The notes beneath the pieces were generated by a model. It was given only the letters and a program-made list of their open reading frames with translations. It searched no databases and was not told the DNA's origin. The position numbers and the translations under genes were made by a program. A stretch of DNA of 64,000 nt from Chloroflexota bacterium (GTDB lineage: Bacteria; Chloroflexota; UBA11872; UBA12225): contig CANFGH010000002.1 in the NCBI GenBank assembly GCA_947446285.1, positions 8,000 through 71,999 on the forward strand, read 5' to 3'. Shown here one piece after another: positions 1 to 10,190 of this stretch; positions within the stretch are counted from its first letter, which is position 1; each line of letters starts with the position of its first letter.

Positions 1-713
1 CGACTGTCCAGGCCAAGTCTCCGCCGGAACGCCTCGCCATCACTTGGCTTGGTCTCGCACGTCGCTGCGTCAAGCCCGTTGTGGACGACGGCGGTGGGAA
101 CATCAGCAAATCCGTTGCACGCCATCGCCCGCGCTTGAGCATGGCTGATGCACACCAGCGAGGTCACGTGTCGCTTGACCAGACCGTGGACCATCATGTT
201 CCGACCTGGAACCCGGCGCATCGTCGTGCAATGCACGCACTGGGTCGGGGTCGCCGCAAAGCCGACGTCCCCGCGCGAACACAGGAACTTGGTAAGGCAG
301 AAGAGCAGGTAGTCGTGCGCGGTGAGGATGACCGGAACCGTCCGGCTTCCGCCGCCGCGCGCTACCGTAAGTGAAGCAAATGACAGGCGCTCGTGGACAT
401 TGTGGACATGAACGGCATCGGGACGGAACTCGCGCGCAACCCGCCACACTCCAGCGACTGCGACCGGGTTCAAGATGCTCAAGTGGCGCCGCGCGATCGC
501 CGGAACCGGTGTTCGGATCCGTCGGACCGTGACACCCGCGCTGCCGGGAACACCGTTTCCACTAGGCGCCTGCCGGTCCGCACCCCGGCCGGACGTAACC
601 ACACAAACTTCATGGCCTCGGGCTGCAAGACCATCAGCAACAAGCGAGGCAACCTCACCCGCCCCGCCTCGGTTCACCGGCGGATAGGTATCGGAAAGAA
701 CTAGTACCTTCAC
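1..713 (-). CDS. Glycosyltransferase, GT4/GT-B family (N-terminal part; 3' end off left edge)
   Basis: Not in the ORF track because it runs off the edge. Reverse translation from GTG (713-711) reads VKVLVLSDTYPPVNRGGAGEVASLVADGLAARGHEVCVVT...AVHVHNVH...VILTAHDY. This is the typical GT4 N-terminal Rossmann half. Confidence 0.75.
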   Translation of the reverse strand, partial: MKVLVLSDTYPPVNRGGAGEVASLVADGLAARGHEVCVVTSGRGADRQAPSGNGVPGSAGVTVRRIRTPVPAIARRHLSILNPVAVAGVWRVAREFRPDAVHVHNVHERLSFASLTVARGGGSRTVPVILTAHDYLLFCLTKFLCSRGDVGFAATPTQCVHCTTMRRVPGRNMMVHGLVKRHVTSLVCISHAQARAMACNGFADVPTAVVHNGLDAATCETKPSDGEAFRRRLGLDS

Positions 714-837
714 GTGGGCGACCCACTCTCACTCGATGGCCCACGCCTCCAGCCGTTCGGGTGGGCAACACTCGCTGACCCTCCACGGATCGTGGGGAGA
801 TTAGCCATACGGTTGTCGCAGAAACCCAGCAGCATCG

Positions 838-1998
838 TCACGCGCCCGGGATCGTCTCGCCAAGATCGCCAGCGTAGGCCGCGACACAGCGTCTCGCCAC
901 CGCCGCCCACGTGAAGTTCGCCGCGATGCGTGCACGACCGGCACGGCCCATCTCTCGCGCCAGCTTCTCATCCCCCAGAAGCCGTTCCACCGCTTCACCG
1001 AGCGCTTCACTATCGCCCGGGGGCACCCCAAGACCAGTTTCTCCGTCTACAACCAGTTCCATCATCCCTCCGATGCGGGATGCAACGACCGGCGTTTCGC
1101 ACGCCATTGCCTCGAGAAGGACCAGACCAAGGATCTCGCTCTTTGGGTACGTCTTGCCGTACATGTCTGTCTCTACCGACGGCAGAACACTGACTGCCGA
1201 GGTGTTGTACGTCCGGACAAGATCCTCCCCCATCAAGGGCCCAAGGAAGGTCACGTTCCGCCCCTGCGACACCACATCAAGATGGGCCCGGTATTCGGCG
1301 TGATACGACTCGCCCGCGATGATCACCGCAGTTTCGGGATGCACCCCCTCGATCAGGTGATGAATCCCCTTATACGGGATCAACCTTCCGGCGTAGAGAA
1401 CCTTTTCCATCCGCGCCAAGCCGGGAAGAGGCCGGAAGCGCGCCGGATCCGCTCCACCATGGATCACCCGGACTTTTGAGGCCCACTTCCGGTATCCACG
1501 GGCATTGAAGTGGCTCACAAGGAGAAGACCAGTCGCCCGGTCCACTGTTCCAAGCCGACGGTTGAAGTTCCGGTCCCCTCCGGCATGGTCGGTCAGGAAG
1601 ACCTTCTTGCCGAACAGCCGGGCGATCAGGACACACTGGTCCGCGAGGAACGTCTCAATCTGGTGCACATGCACCACATCCGCCCAGGCAATCGCCATCG
1701 CAAGGTTTGGCGAAATCGGTCCAAGGCGTTTTCGCCCCACGTACGCAAGCGGGCGAAAGACCTCTATACGCAATCCGTCCACATTCCGCGTCAAGGGTTC
1801 GCCGAATGAGATCAGGCGCGTCCGCGTCCGCATCGCCATGGCCCGTGCCAATTCGTATGCGTACCGTTCACCTCCCCCGACGATGCCACCTTCGCCGAAC
1901 ATGAGCGGCGACACGTGGAGTACCCGGGGACGCGTCGTGCGCACGGGACGGAGCAGATTGGGATCCGGGGCGATGGGGTGGGCTGGTGGTCGGATCAT
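838..1998 (-). CDS. Glycosyltransferase, GT4 family
   Basis: 386-aa ORF. C-terminal GT4 signature LLEAMACETPVVASRIGGMMELVVDGETG. The ATG overlaps the upstream stop by 4 nt (ATGA at 1995-1998). The N-terminal ~20 aa contain a repeat fragment (AHPIAPD), so the true start could be a few codons downstream. Confidence 0.88.
   Translation of the reverse strand: MIRPPAHPIAPDPNLLRPVRTTRPRVLHVSPLMFGEGGIVGGGERYAYELARAMAMRTRTRLISFGEPLTRNVDGLRIEVFRPLAYVGRKRLGPISPNLAMAIAWADVVHVHQIETFLADQCVLIARLFGKKVFLTDHAGGDRNFNRRLGTVDRATGLLLVSHFNARGYRKWASKVRVIHGGADPARFRPLPGLARMEKVLYAGRLIPYKGIHHLIEGVHPETAVIIAGESYHAEYRAHLDVVSQGRNVTFLGPLMGEDLVRTYNTSAVSVLPSVETDMYGKTYPKSEILGLVLLEAMACETPVVASRIGGMMELVVDGETGLGVPPGDSEALGEAVERLLGDEKLAREMGRAGRARIAANFTWAAVARRCVAAYAGDLGETIPGA
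1961..1983 (-). repeat. Partial copy of the CCCCATCGCCCC(T)GAT repeat family
   Basis: The minus strand reads cccaccccatcgccccggatcc, inside the first codons of the GT4 gene (AHPIAPD). Confidence 0.55.
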
Positions 1999-3524
1999 CG
2001 GCTCTTCCCATCGCTTTCACTGGCAAGTGTCCCCACTCCTTCTTTAGAAGCTGTTGGGGATTGGGGGTGTGGATCAAGTGTCTCCGAGAAACTGGGCGAA
2101 CCAGTCACCGACTGCCAGAACCACGGTGTGAGGATCAGTCCTAGATAGACTACGTCTCCAGCCACGTAGACCGTCAACTGGTAGGCGGCGGCACCCATGG
2201 CGCCCCATCCCTGAACCAACCACATGCCCCAAGGCACTGCCACGATGATCAGCGGGATCTTTAGAAGGGCGTTCGTCGCGACGCGCCCGGCGATCAAGTA
2301 GACCGCTCCAAGGGCGACGGTCAGCCCCTGCTTTGCCTGCAACGTGCCGTGGACCGCGACAAGGGCAACGGACGGCAGGTATTCCGCACCGTATGCGATT
2401 CGGAAGACTGGAAGCGCAACTAGGAGTCCGATCGCGCCAACCGCCGACGCGCCTCCCCACGCAAGTGAACCGCGCCAGAACAGACGCCTGGTCGATGCCG
2501 GACCGCGTTGCCCCATCTCCTGTGAGAGACGGACTGACAGTGCCCGGCTTGCGCCCCCGTGCAGCGAGGCCAGCAACGTGAAGACCTTCCCGGCAATCCC
2601 GAAGTACGCCGCTTCCTCGGGACCGGCATAGCGCCCCAGAAGGAGCATCGGCGTCTGTCCGAAGAGTTGGGCGATGTTCTTGTCCACTGAGGCAAGCGCA
2701 CTGAACCGGAAGTAGGTGCCCATCGGCACTGTCCAACCAGTGCGCACCAACCCAGCGAGGCCGGGGAAGTCATCGTGGCGCACTGCAATCCGCCAGTACC
2801 ACCAGACCGCGTGGGCAGCCGACATTGCACCACCGACCACCGTGCCCCACAGGACGCCGGTCACACCACCTCCAGCGATGCCGGCAAGTACGAAGAAGAC
2901 GGCGCAGCCCCGCCCGACCAACAGGTCGAAAATCTCTATGACCGCGAGGGTCGACATCCTCCGGCCAGCCTGCAGTGAGGTGATCGCCACGTTGTAGGCC
3001 ACCGATGGGATAAGCCCCGCCACGACGATTCGGGTCAGGTTGCCCAAGTCGGGACGGTGCATGATGAGATCACCCACCACCTCTCCAGCAAGAAGGACGG
3101 CAAGGACCACAAGTAGCCCGAGGATCAGCCCGAACTTCAGCGTGTAACCAGTTCCGCGGGCAATCGCGCCACGGTCTCGGGTTGCCACCGCCTGCGCGAG
3201 CGGCACCACCAGGAACTGGCCAACCCCAAGGTTTCCCAGTAGGTTCAAAGTGCTGTAGAGGGAAAGCACCAGCAAGTACTCGCCGTACCCGGTAACACCA
3301 AGCACGCGGGCGATCACAATGCTGAAACCGAACCCAAGCGCCCGTTGCAAGCCATTGCTTGCCTGTAGAAAGAAGATGTCCCGCGCCAAACGGCGACGAA
3401 CCAAGGCCTCCAGTGCCGGTCGCAAAGGCCAATAGGGCATGCCCCAAGCAGTTCTCAACCGGGAGTGAGCCCCATCGAAATCTGGCGGCGTGGTCAGGTG
3501 AGGAGGTGACGCGCCGATGGTCAT
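1995..3524 (-). CDS. Polysaccharide/oligosaccharide flippase (Wzx/MOP superfamily)
   Basis: 509-aa ORF, very hydrophobic with ~12-14 predicted helices. N-terminus FFLQASNGLQRALGFGFSIVIARVLG is typical of polysaccharide-biosynthesis (MOP) exporters. ATGA overlap with the upstream GT at 3521-3524. Confidence 0.8.
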   Translation of the reverse strand: MTIGASPPHLTTPPDFDGAHSRLRTAWGMPYWPLRPALEALVRRRLARDIFFLQASNGLQRALGFGFSIVIARVLGVTGYGEYLLVLSLYSTLNLLGNLGVGQFLVVPLAQAVATRDRGAIARGTGYTLKFGLILGLLVVLAVLLAGEVVGDLIMHRPDLGNLTRIVVAGLIPSVAYNVAITSLQAGRRMSTLAVIEIFDLLVGRGCAVFFVLAGIAGGGVTGVLWGTVVGGAMSAAHAVWWYWRIAVRHDDFPGLAGLVRTGWTVPMGTYFRFSALASVDKNIAQLFGQTPMLLLGRYAGPEEAAYFGIAGKVFTLLASLHGGASRALSVRLSQEMGQRGPASTRRLFWRGSLAWGGASAVGAIGLLVALPVFRIAYGAEYLPSVALVAVHGTLQAKQGLTVALGAVYLIAGRVATNALLKIPLIIVAVPWGMWLVQGWGAMGAAAYQLTVYVAGDVVYLGLILTPWFWQSVTGSPSFSETLDPHPQSPTASKEGVGTLASESDGKSR

Positions 3525-4687
3525 TCAGCCCGGTCCGCCCTGCTGTCCCGGTATACCCCCATCATCTGAACGGCAGCGTCACGCCACGGCCTGGCATAGG
3601 TGACCCCCGCCCGCCCAAGCCGGTCGCGCAGTTCCGGACTATCCATCAGGCGCCTCGCCGCCGACACCGCCTCATCGACCCGTGCCGACCGGATCAGCAG
3701 CCCATTCGTCCCATCCTCGATCGCATCGCATGCCCCGGAATCGCTCGCACCAATTACTGGCCGTCCACACGCATTGGCTTCCCAGTACACCAGGCCAAAT
3801 CCATGGAACTGTTCGCCATCATCCTCGGGAAGCAACCAGAAGAACATGCAGCCATGGTAGAGGCCAACAAGCGTCTCCTCGTCGACCCTTCCAAGGAACC
3901 GCACGGCGTCACCAAGCCCGAGCCGCTCAATCGTTGCCCGCAGGGAGGTCAGGAAGACCGGATCGTCGGTCCCACCGACTATCCAGTACTCAAGGTCGGG
4001 ACGCACCTTTCGGAGTTCAGCGAACGCCTCGATGGTGGTCTGATACCCGTTGCGACGCTTGACCGGACCTACGCTGAGCAGGTATGGCTTCTTCACGCTA
4101 CCGTCGGCACGGGGGTGAATCCTCGGATTACTCATGGAAGATGGGGTGGAGTGGCTTCCAGTCGCGAACCGTTCGTGTTCGACACCCTCCGGGACGATCA
4201 CCGTCCGAGATGCAAACTTTGATGGCAACCGGTCACGGGTATATCGACTGACCGCCACCAGCCGGTTCGCCCGGCCATAGCCCAACTCATACCACGGGCG
4301 TGCGCCGGGCCGACGAAACGGACGGACTGCGTAGGTCCCGTGCACCGTGACGACCAATGGCCGGCGACGCCCCAAAAGCCCGGCGACGGCAGCCGGTGCA
4401 GCATATGGTTCGGTCACGCAGTGCACCACATCGCAGTCCCGCGATGCCCGCCAGATCGCCATCGTGTTCGCCAGCACCAAGCGCGACATCCGACGGGTCT
4501 CGGAAACGTATGACGTCACCGAGGCGTGTCCCGGCATCGCCGCGAGATCCGGTTCGGTACACCGTGACAGTGGTGACAAGATCCGCAGGTCGGCACCCTC
4601 GTCGCGCAACGCCCTGATAAGCCCGATCGCATAGCGACCCCAGCCATACGAGGGTGAGAGGGTGTCGGTCACCACCAGTACACGCAT
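3521..4687 (-). CDS. Glycosyltransferase, GT4 family
   Basis: 388-aa ORF. MRVLVVTDTLSPSYGWGRYAIGLIRALRDEGADLRILSP at the N-terminus. C-terminal GLVYWEANACGRPVIGASDSGACDAIEDGTNG (E-x7-E-type region). Confidence 0.88.
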   Translation of the reverse strand: MRVLVVTDTLSPSYGWGRYAIGLIRALRDEGADLRILSPLSRCTEPDLAAMPGHASVTSYVSETRRMSRLVLANTMAIWRASRDCDVVHCVTEPYAAPAAVAGLLGRRRPLVVTVHGTYAVRPFRRPGARPWYELGYGRANRLVAVSRYTRDRLPSKFASRTVIVPEGVEHERFATGSHSTPSSMSNPRIHPRADGSVKKPYLLSVGPVKRRNGYQTTIEAFAELRKVRPDLEYWIVGGTDDPVFLTSLRATIERLGLGDAVRFLGRVDEETLVGLYHGCMFFWLLPEDDGEQFHGFGLVYWEANACGRPVIGASDSGACDAIEDGTNGLLIRSARVDEAVSAARRLMDSPELRDRLGRAGVTYARPWRDAAVQMMGVYRDSRADRAE

Positions 4688-4775
4688 GATCGACGAACCT
4701 CAGCGACTTCGGGTCCCACGCTCCCCATCCCCGCCTCAACTTCCTGCCCGCAACCGCCGATGCACGAGAGGGGTT

Positions 4776-4803
4776 GGGAGCGAAGCGCATGAATATCAGG
4801 CGG
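4776..4803 (-). repeat. Copy of the ..CCTGATnTnCATGCGCTTCGCT.. repeat family
   Basis: The minus strand reads cccgcctgatattcatgcgcttcgctccc. Compare 20160-20190, ccccacctgatttacatgcgcttcgcttgg. Confidence 0.8.
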
Positions 4804-4910
4804 GAGAGTGGTTGGGTCTGCGGGTACGGATTCCTTCCCAGAACAGGGGTCACCACCATCAACGGTCAGCCAAGCGTACCTACATCACGGACGATCAGCC
4901 CCCCGGTTCC

Positions 4911-7772
4911 CTAACGCCCGCGGGTACTCACGTTCAGCAGCCACGCCGCCAGCAGGACGAGTGAAGCCGCCGTCACCGCCCGTGCGGCTCCCCAGCCGTC
5001 CGGTTCATAGGTGAACACGATGCCGTGCCTGCCCGCGGGTACGAACACCCCACGAAACGCCACATTCGTCGCAACGATCGGCACCTTTCGCCCGTCGATC
5101 GATGCCGTCCACCCAGGCGTCAGGGCATCAAGCAATACCACCAGCGTTGGAGCCGCCGTCTCCACCTCCACGGCCACCACTCCGTCCGCCTCCCGTGTAA
5201 TCCGGACGGGAACAACGACGCCTCCGGTTCGGGGCGATTTCGGTATCTCCGCATTGCCGCTACGGGTCACCACTGCCTGGGGCCCCGCAAGCAGGTCAAT
5301 CCCTAGTTCCAGTCCCATCGCATCGTCCGCAGAGCCGGCAATCGCCCACGCCGTCACGCCATACGTCCTGGGCCACGGTTGGATCAGCCGGTACATGTCG
5401 ATGGTCGGGACGTCCCCAGCACCGGGCACCAGCGCCTTCTCGACAATCACGCCTGCGGGAACCTCAAGCGGCGCCATCGCACTCGCGGTCAGAAGTGCAC
5501 CACCGCCCGAACTTGCGAGGACGCCCCAACGTGTCGCCATCGACTGGCGTCGCTGCCTCAGGCCGGTGAGGCTCGACGAATAGGAAGAGCCAGCGGGCGC
5601 ACGTTCGCTACCCAGCGCCGCCGCCACCAACGCCTGTTCCCGCGTCACAAGATTCTCGTAGCCATCAACCGAAGCCAGTCGCAAAATCCGCGGATCACGC
5701 GCGCCTGCATCACGGGCAAACGACATCGCAAGGTTCGGCGTCACCAGGTGCGACCACACCTGATAGGAGAGCGTGTCCACCTCCGTGTACATCCTGCCTG
5801 CCGCGAGTGCGCGAACCCGCAACTCATAGTCGGTGGCCAGGGGCAACCAACTGATGTGGCGGGACGGGACATCACCCACACCGACAAGGGCGAGCCGTGC
5901 AACGGCATCAAAACTGCTCTCCTGCGCCAGCACCACATCATTCGCCGCGATACCCGGCAGCCGAACCTGACCGTACACCAGCAACGGTGCCGCAATGAAG
6001 AGGCCGGCCAGCAGGTTAGCGTCGCGCCGTGGACGTCCCCACGCCCACCACCACCCTGCACCAACCAACGCGAGCAGCGGCACCGCAACGCCCGGAGACG
6101 TCACATCGAACATGTCATGCACGTGTCGCCACGTCGCCTCAAACCTTGCGCGATAGAACTCCGGCGAGTAATCACCACGGTTCTCCGACGCCTCGAAAAC
6201 GCGTGCCCCAACCTGGAACCGCTCCTCCGCTAGGATGCGCAGCGTGTCATCCTGACGGGCGAGCACGACCGAGACCGTCATCACCGCAAGGACCAGCGCC
6301 ACCGCAATCCCGAACCACCATGCCGAACCGGTCACCGGCTGCTGAGAAGAACCCGTGCGCAACCCCAGAAGGCTCCGGACACCCCACGGGTCCCGACGCG
6401 TCGACGAACCCGCGCGTCCCACCACCAGTGGCGTCAGGCGCAAGCCCATCGGTGCAAGGATCGCGACGGCACCGACCGTCCAGAGAAGGAACCGCGAAGG
6501 ATCCCTGAAGAACCCGAGTACCGGCAGTCCACCAACGAACGCACCGACATATCCGTGCTTGCCGAACGCGATCACTATCCCGATCACCGCCATCGCGCCG
6601 AGCCATGGCAACCGGGCAGTCATCGACGGTGAAAACGGCGGCAGCGTCTTCGAATCAGGGGCGATGGGGCGGGGCAGTGCTGCCACCGACTGGCTCACCA
6701 CAGCCGTCGCCTCTCCAACGACGCGACGCGGGGCAATTTGGGCCGCCGATGCCTCCATGGTCGATGCCATCGCACGGGCCCGGCGGGCGACACTCCCGGT
6801 ATCGGTACGGGAGCGTTCATCCCGGATCAGCCTCCGGTACCTCGACACCGAAAAGATTGTCAGGCCCACCGGGAGCGGTCCCAAATAGATGGCCCAATGC
6901 GCCGAAACCCACCGGGATATCGAGAACGATGGGGCGAGCAAACCTAGCAAGAGATCCAGGGGCGACACCGAGCCAAGAGCCCTTGCAGCATCCGGCAACC
7001 CACCCTGACGAACCGACGATTCAAGCACAGCCATCGTCGGGATGATGCGGACTGCCGACACTCCGAGACCGAGAATGCATGCGCCGAGGAGGACAATCAA
7101 CGCCATCCGTCGCGCGAACTCACCCTCCCGGAACAACGCCACCGCCGACCACCCCATCGCTGGAAGCGCGGCGATCAACACCACCTGTGGATGACCACCA
7201 AGGATCCCCAGGGCAAGCACAATGCCACCAAGCGGCGGCGCAAGCGGGTGCCAGTCAATCGTGCGCGCAACGACCCACAAAAGGGCGGGGAGTATCCAGT
7301 ACGCGCCCGCCTGATTGAGCAGTGGCGCACCACCGACAACAAAGAGGGACTGACTGAATATCAGGCCAGCAAGGGTGGCCTCGACGCGGGTGCCACCCCA
7401 CGTTCGCGCAAGGCCATACGTCGCCACACCCGCCAGCGCCGTCGAAAGTGCCACCGCACCGTAGTAGCCAGCATGCGCACCACCGATGAGCAGCGGGATC
7501 CAGACCAGCGGCGAAAACCACCCGTACTCACTGAACGCGATCGGAAAGCCCCCCGAAATCGTCGGCGACCAGAGCGGGATGTCGCCTCGTCTCAGGGCAT
7601 CAGCCAGGATTGCATGCGCCGGCCGGTATGCGAGGATCACATCGGCGTTGGCCAGTTCATCGCCAAGGATAAAGCGTCCATACACGATAAACGGCAAGAG
7701 GAAAAGGAGCCACGGACCAAACGGCACAATGTCCGATACGGCGTCGACCGCCTTCTCCTCTGATCGGGTCAC
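4911..7772 (-). CDS. Large polytopic membrane protein, YfhO-like (GT-C fold candidate)
   Basis: 953-aa ORF, GTG start. YfhO-type N-terminal motif RRGDIPLWSPTISGGFPIAFSEYGWFSP, many TM segments. C-terminal soluble end LDALTPGWTASIDGRKVPIVATNVAFRGVFVPAGRHGIVFTYEP followed by a final TM. Carries a low-complexity loop containing a dispersed-repeat copy (PRPIAPDSK). Confidence 0.65.
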   Translation of the reverse strand: MTRSEEKAVDAVSDIVPFGPWLLFLLPFIVYGRFILGDELANADVILAYRPAHAILADALRRGDIPLWSPTISGGFPIAFSEYGWFSPLVWIPLLIGGAHAGYYGAVALSTALAGVATYGLARTWGGTRVEATLAGLIFSQSLFVVGGAPLLNQAGAYWILPALLWVVARTIDWHPLAPPLGGIVLALGILGGHPQVVLIAALPAMGWSAVALFREGEFARRMALIVLLGACILGLGVSAVRIIPTMAVLESSVRQGGLPDAARALGSVSPLDLLLGLLAPSFSISRWVSAHWAIYLGPLPVGLTIFSVSRYRRLIRDERSRTDTGSVARRARAMASTMEASAAQIAPRRVVGEATAVVSQSVAALPRPIAPDSKTLPPFSPSMTARLPWLGAMAVIGIVIAFGKHGYVGAFVGGLPVLGFFRDPSRFLLWTVGAVAILAPMGLRLTPLVVGRAGSSTRRDPWGVRSLLGLRTGSSQQPVTGSAWWFGIAVALVLAVMTVSVVLARQDDTLRILAEERFQVGARVFEASENRGDYSPEFYRARFEATWRHVHDMFDVTSPGVAVPLLALVGAGWWWAWGRPRRDANLLAGLFIAAPLLVYGQVRLPGIAANDVVLAQESSFDAVARLALVGVGDVPSRHISWLPLATDYELRVRALAAGRMYTEVDTLSYQVWSHLVTPNLAMSFARDAGARDPRILRLASVDGYENLVTREQALVAAALGSERAPAGSSYSSSLTGLRQRRQSMATRWGVLASSGGGALLTASAMAPLEVPAGVIVEKALVPGAGDVPTIDMYRLIQPWPRTYGVTAWAIAGSADDAMGLELGIDLLAGPQAVVTRSGNAEIPKSPRTGGVVVPVRITREADGVVAVEVETAAPTLVVLLDALTPGWTASIDGRKVPIVATNVAFRGVFVPAGRHGIVFTYEPDGWGAARAVTAASLVLLAAWLLNVSTRGR
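6643..6674 (-). repeat. Copy of the CCCCATCGCCCCTGATT repeat family inside the YfhO-like CDS
   Basis: The minus strand reads ccccgccccatcgcccctgattcgaagacgct, translated as PRPIAPDSKT in a low-complexity loop. Confidence 0.8.
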
Positions 7773-7832
7773 CCGTTCGTCCCCAGTGTGTCTCGGTCGT
7801 GTACTGACGCACTTCCCGCGTCCCGCCTTGCA

Positions 7833-10088
7833 TCAGTTCGGACGACCGTAGGTGACCTCAAGGGACCATCCTGCCGTACCCGGCACCGGCGGCCGCGACC
7901 GCTCCGCCCGGACCATCGCGCGAACGTGTGCGCTGCCTTGCCAAACGCACCAACCGGGGTCAGGTTCCCTGGTGCCCGCTGGTCCGCGGGCATCCCTTCC
8001 CGCCCATTCTTGAGATACGCCCGAATCCCCCCGCCCGCCCGTTAGATCCTCTCCGTCGATCAGGAACGCAATGTCACCAGTGCCGCGCAAACGGACATCA
8101 GTTGCCCCCAGCGGCAGCACGTAGTCCAGCGCAATCGCGCACGAAACCGGCACATCCCCGTCAATCCTGTCCGATATCACGATCCCGGTGGCCATGGCAC
8201 AAACCTCACGCGTGGCAACCATTCCGTCCGCCCAACCCGGGGTCGACCCATCCCGGCGTGCAGGCCGGACGGCGGACCGGAGCCACGCACCGTCATCGGT
8301 TACCCCAAGGTCGATCTTCTCGATCGTGCATGCAGCGTGCAAGGAAGCATGATCGTGCAGTTCACTGATGAACAGGCGCCATGTCCTCGCAACCGCGCCA
8401 CGGACCATTCCCCACCCAATCTGCCACGCCCCGCGTGACTGGCCCGCGAGCAGGTGTGCAAGTGCCGACCTCGCCTGCATTCGCCAGACAAACGCCCACT
8501 GGCGACCCTCGCGTCCGGGACGGTTCGCAACCAGAAACCGGCGGGTACCGGCCACAATTTCGCCAACCCGTTCGCGCAGGCTGCGCCCGGTCCGCCTCAC
8601 CGTCAGGCTTCCGGGAGTGAACGGCCCATCCACCCAAGGCACCGGGCCAGTCGCCGTCGCAACGACCGTCGCACCACCCACCGCACCACCCCACTGAGTA
8701 TTGGCCGGCGACTTCCGCGTCCGCACCAGCGCGCTGACCGGCCCATGCGCAACGCGTGCGACCCCGGCGTCAGCCCAGTGTCGGGCCGTCGACGTGACCT
8801 CCCGTGTCTGAGGATGGTCGGCGTCTCCTTCGAGCGACCGCCAGACCCGCGCAACCCACGCCAGATCGGCGGTGTGGAAATCCGGGCAAACGATGTCCAG
8901 CGGGTCGGTCACTCCGCCAGCCCGGACTGCACCGTTCACGTCAATCCGCGCGACGAGGCTTCTCCACGATCGCCACGCCACCGTGAGCAACCCATCGTCT
9001 CCGGTCAGGCGTGCGCCGCGGACAAGTGCATGAATGTCAAATGCGTGGCTTCCAACCTCATCCTGACCCGACCAGAACCATCGCTTTCCCTCGATTGCAA
9101 GTGGCTTGCGGCCGTCACCTGCCACTACGCCAGACAGGAAGTCGGTCCCGCGCCTCAAAGCATCAAGGACCCGTCCGTCATCGTCAAACTCAGGCAGGAC
9201 ATCACGGATGTGATGGAGAAACGCCAGGCACCGTCCGTGGTAATAGACGGTCAGATCCGCAGTACCCGGGTGACTCGCGTGACCGGCGCCTATCTCATAG
9301 CCCCAACTGCCATCGGGATGTTGCGCGCCGAGTGCCCGATCAACCGCCCCACGAACCCCGTCGCGCCACGCCGCCTCACCTGGCACCGCTGCACACGCAT
9401 GCGCAAGACCCATCGCGCCCCAGAGCATCTGGTTCACAATGCCCCGCGTTGCAACGGACGTCGAAAGATAAGTAGACGCGCACCCGGTCACCGCGTCAAT
9501 GACACGCGTCCGCAAAACCTCCGGCACTGCCTCGAACCGCGGGTGCCGGATCAGTTCCGCAAGCGCGTCGACACACTCCCCCGCGTCAATCAGTGACGTT
9601 GAGTTGTTCCGCGCGTCCAGCCTGCCCGGCCAGAACACCAAGCCACCGTGGTGCGGATCGGGCGCAAGCCGTCCGATGACCCAGTCAGCGCGCGCCAGGG
9701 CACGATTCCAGGCGTGTTCACCCGATCGATCATCGGCCCCGGCGACACAGGCATCGTGGACCGCGAGGTCGATGATGATGCTTCGCGCAAGTTTTCCTGT
9801 ATGCGCTATCCCGTGTCGCTCGCAACGTGGCGCCCCACCACGCCCCATCTGATGTATCCCCGCTTCGCTTTGGCCGGTGGACCGCGGCGGAACCATCCCT
9901 TGACGGTCCCGCGAACTCGCCTCATCAGGAACAAATCGATCCCGATGAAGCCAGTCAGACGCACGGATGAGCATCCCGCGCATGCCACTCGACGACGCCA
10001 GCCCGTGATCCGTATGCGCTTCACTTAGCCCACGCCACCGGCCCTTTCCCCCGTACGCTTCGCTCTTGCCTGCCTCATCCATCGCCAC
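7833..10088 (-). CDS. Hypothetical protein; possible alpha/alpha-toroid plus beta-sandwich enzyme acting on polysaccharide (fold guess only)
   Basis: 751-aa ORF with coherent composition. Motifs QMLWGAMGLAHACA and QHPDGSWGYE resemble (alpha/alpha)6 toroid proteins. The C-terminal ~200 aa look beta-rich. Start codon uncertain (several in-frame Met between 10088 and ~9980). Confidence 0.5.
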   Translation of the reverse strand: MAMDEAGKSEAYGGKGRWRGLSEAHTDHGLASSSGMRGMLIRASDWLHRDRFVPDEASSRDRQGMVPPRSTGQSEAGIHQMGRGGAPRCERHGIAHTGKLARSIIIDLAVHDACVAGADDRSGEHAWNRALARADWVIGRLAPDPHHGGLVFWPGRLDARNNSTSLIDAGECVDALAELIRHPRFEAVPEVLRTRVIDAVTGCASTYLSTSVATRGIVNQMLWGAMGLAHACAAVPGEAAWRDGVRGAVDRALGAQHPDGSWGYEIGAGHASHPGTADLTVYYHGRCLAFLHHIRDVLPEFDDDGRVLDALRRGTDFLSGVVAGDGRKPLAIEGKRWFWSGQDEVGSHAFDIHALVRGARLTGDDGLLTVAWRSWRSLVARIDVNGAVRAGGVTDPLDIVCPDFHTADLAWVARVWRSLEGDADHPQTREVTSTARHWADAGVARVAHGPVSALVRTRKSPANTQWGGAVGGATVVATATGPVPWVDGPFTPGSLTVRRTGRSLRERVGEIVAGTRRFLVANRPGREGRQWAFVWRMQARSALAHLLAGQSRGAWQIGWGMVRGAVARTWRLFISELHDHASLHAACTIEKIDLGVTDDGAWLRSAVRPARRDGSTPGWADGMVATREVCAMATGIVISDRIDGDVPVSCAIALDYVLPLGATDVRLRGTGDIAFLIDGEDLTGGRGDSGVSQEWAGRDARGPAGTREPDPGWCVWQGSAHVRAMVRAERSRPPVPGTAGWSLEVTYGRPN

Positions 10089-10190
10089 TCCAGCAAAAAC
10101 CCGACTGCATCACGGTGGGAGGCGAAGCGGATAGATGACTTGGCGCGATGGCGTGTTGGTGCAGGGATATGGGCATTGATCCGGTGTGCG

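Noticed and set aside
5379-6233. Long ORFs antisense to, or out of frame with, well-supported genes. Examples: 5379-6233 (+), 8454-9596 (+), 12110-12895 (+), 16953-17942 (+), 19342-20169 (+), 20601-21725 (+), 34764-35681 (+), 47832-48725 (-), 61176-61805 (-).
   Set aside because: Their products are Arg/Pro/Ser/Gly-rich and low in complexity, with no motifs. Each fully overlaps a gene with clear family signatures on the other strand or frame. Such shadow ORFs are expected at ~65% GC.
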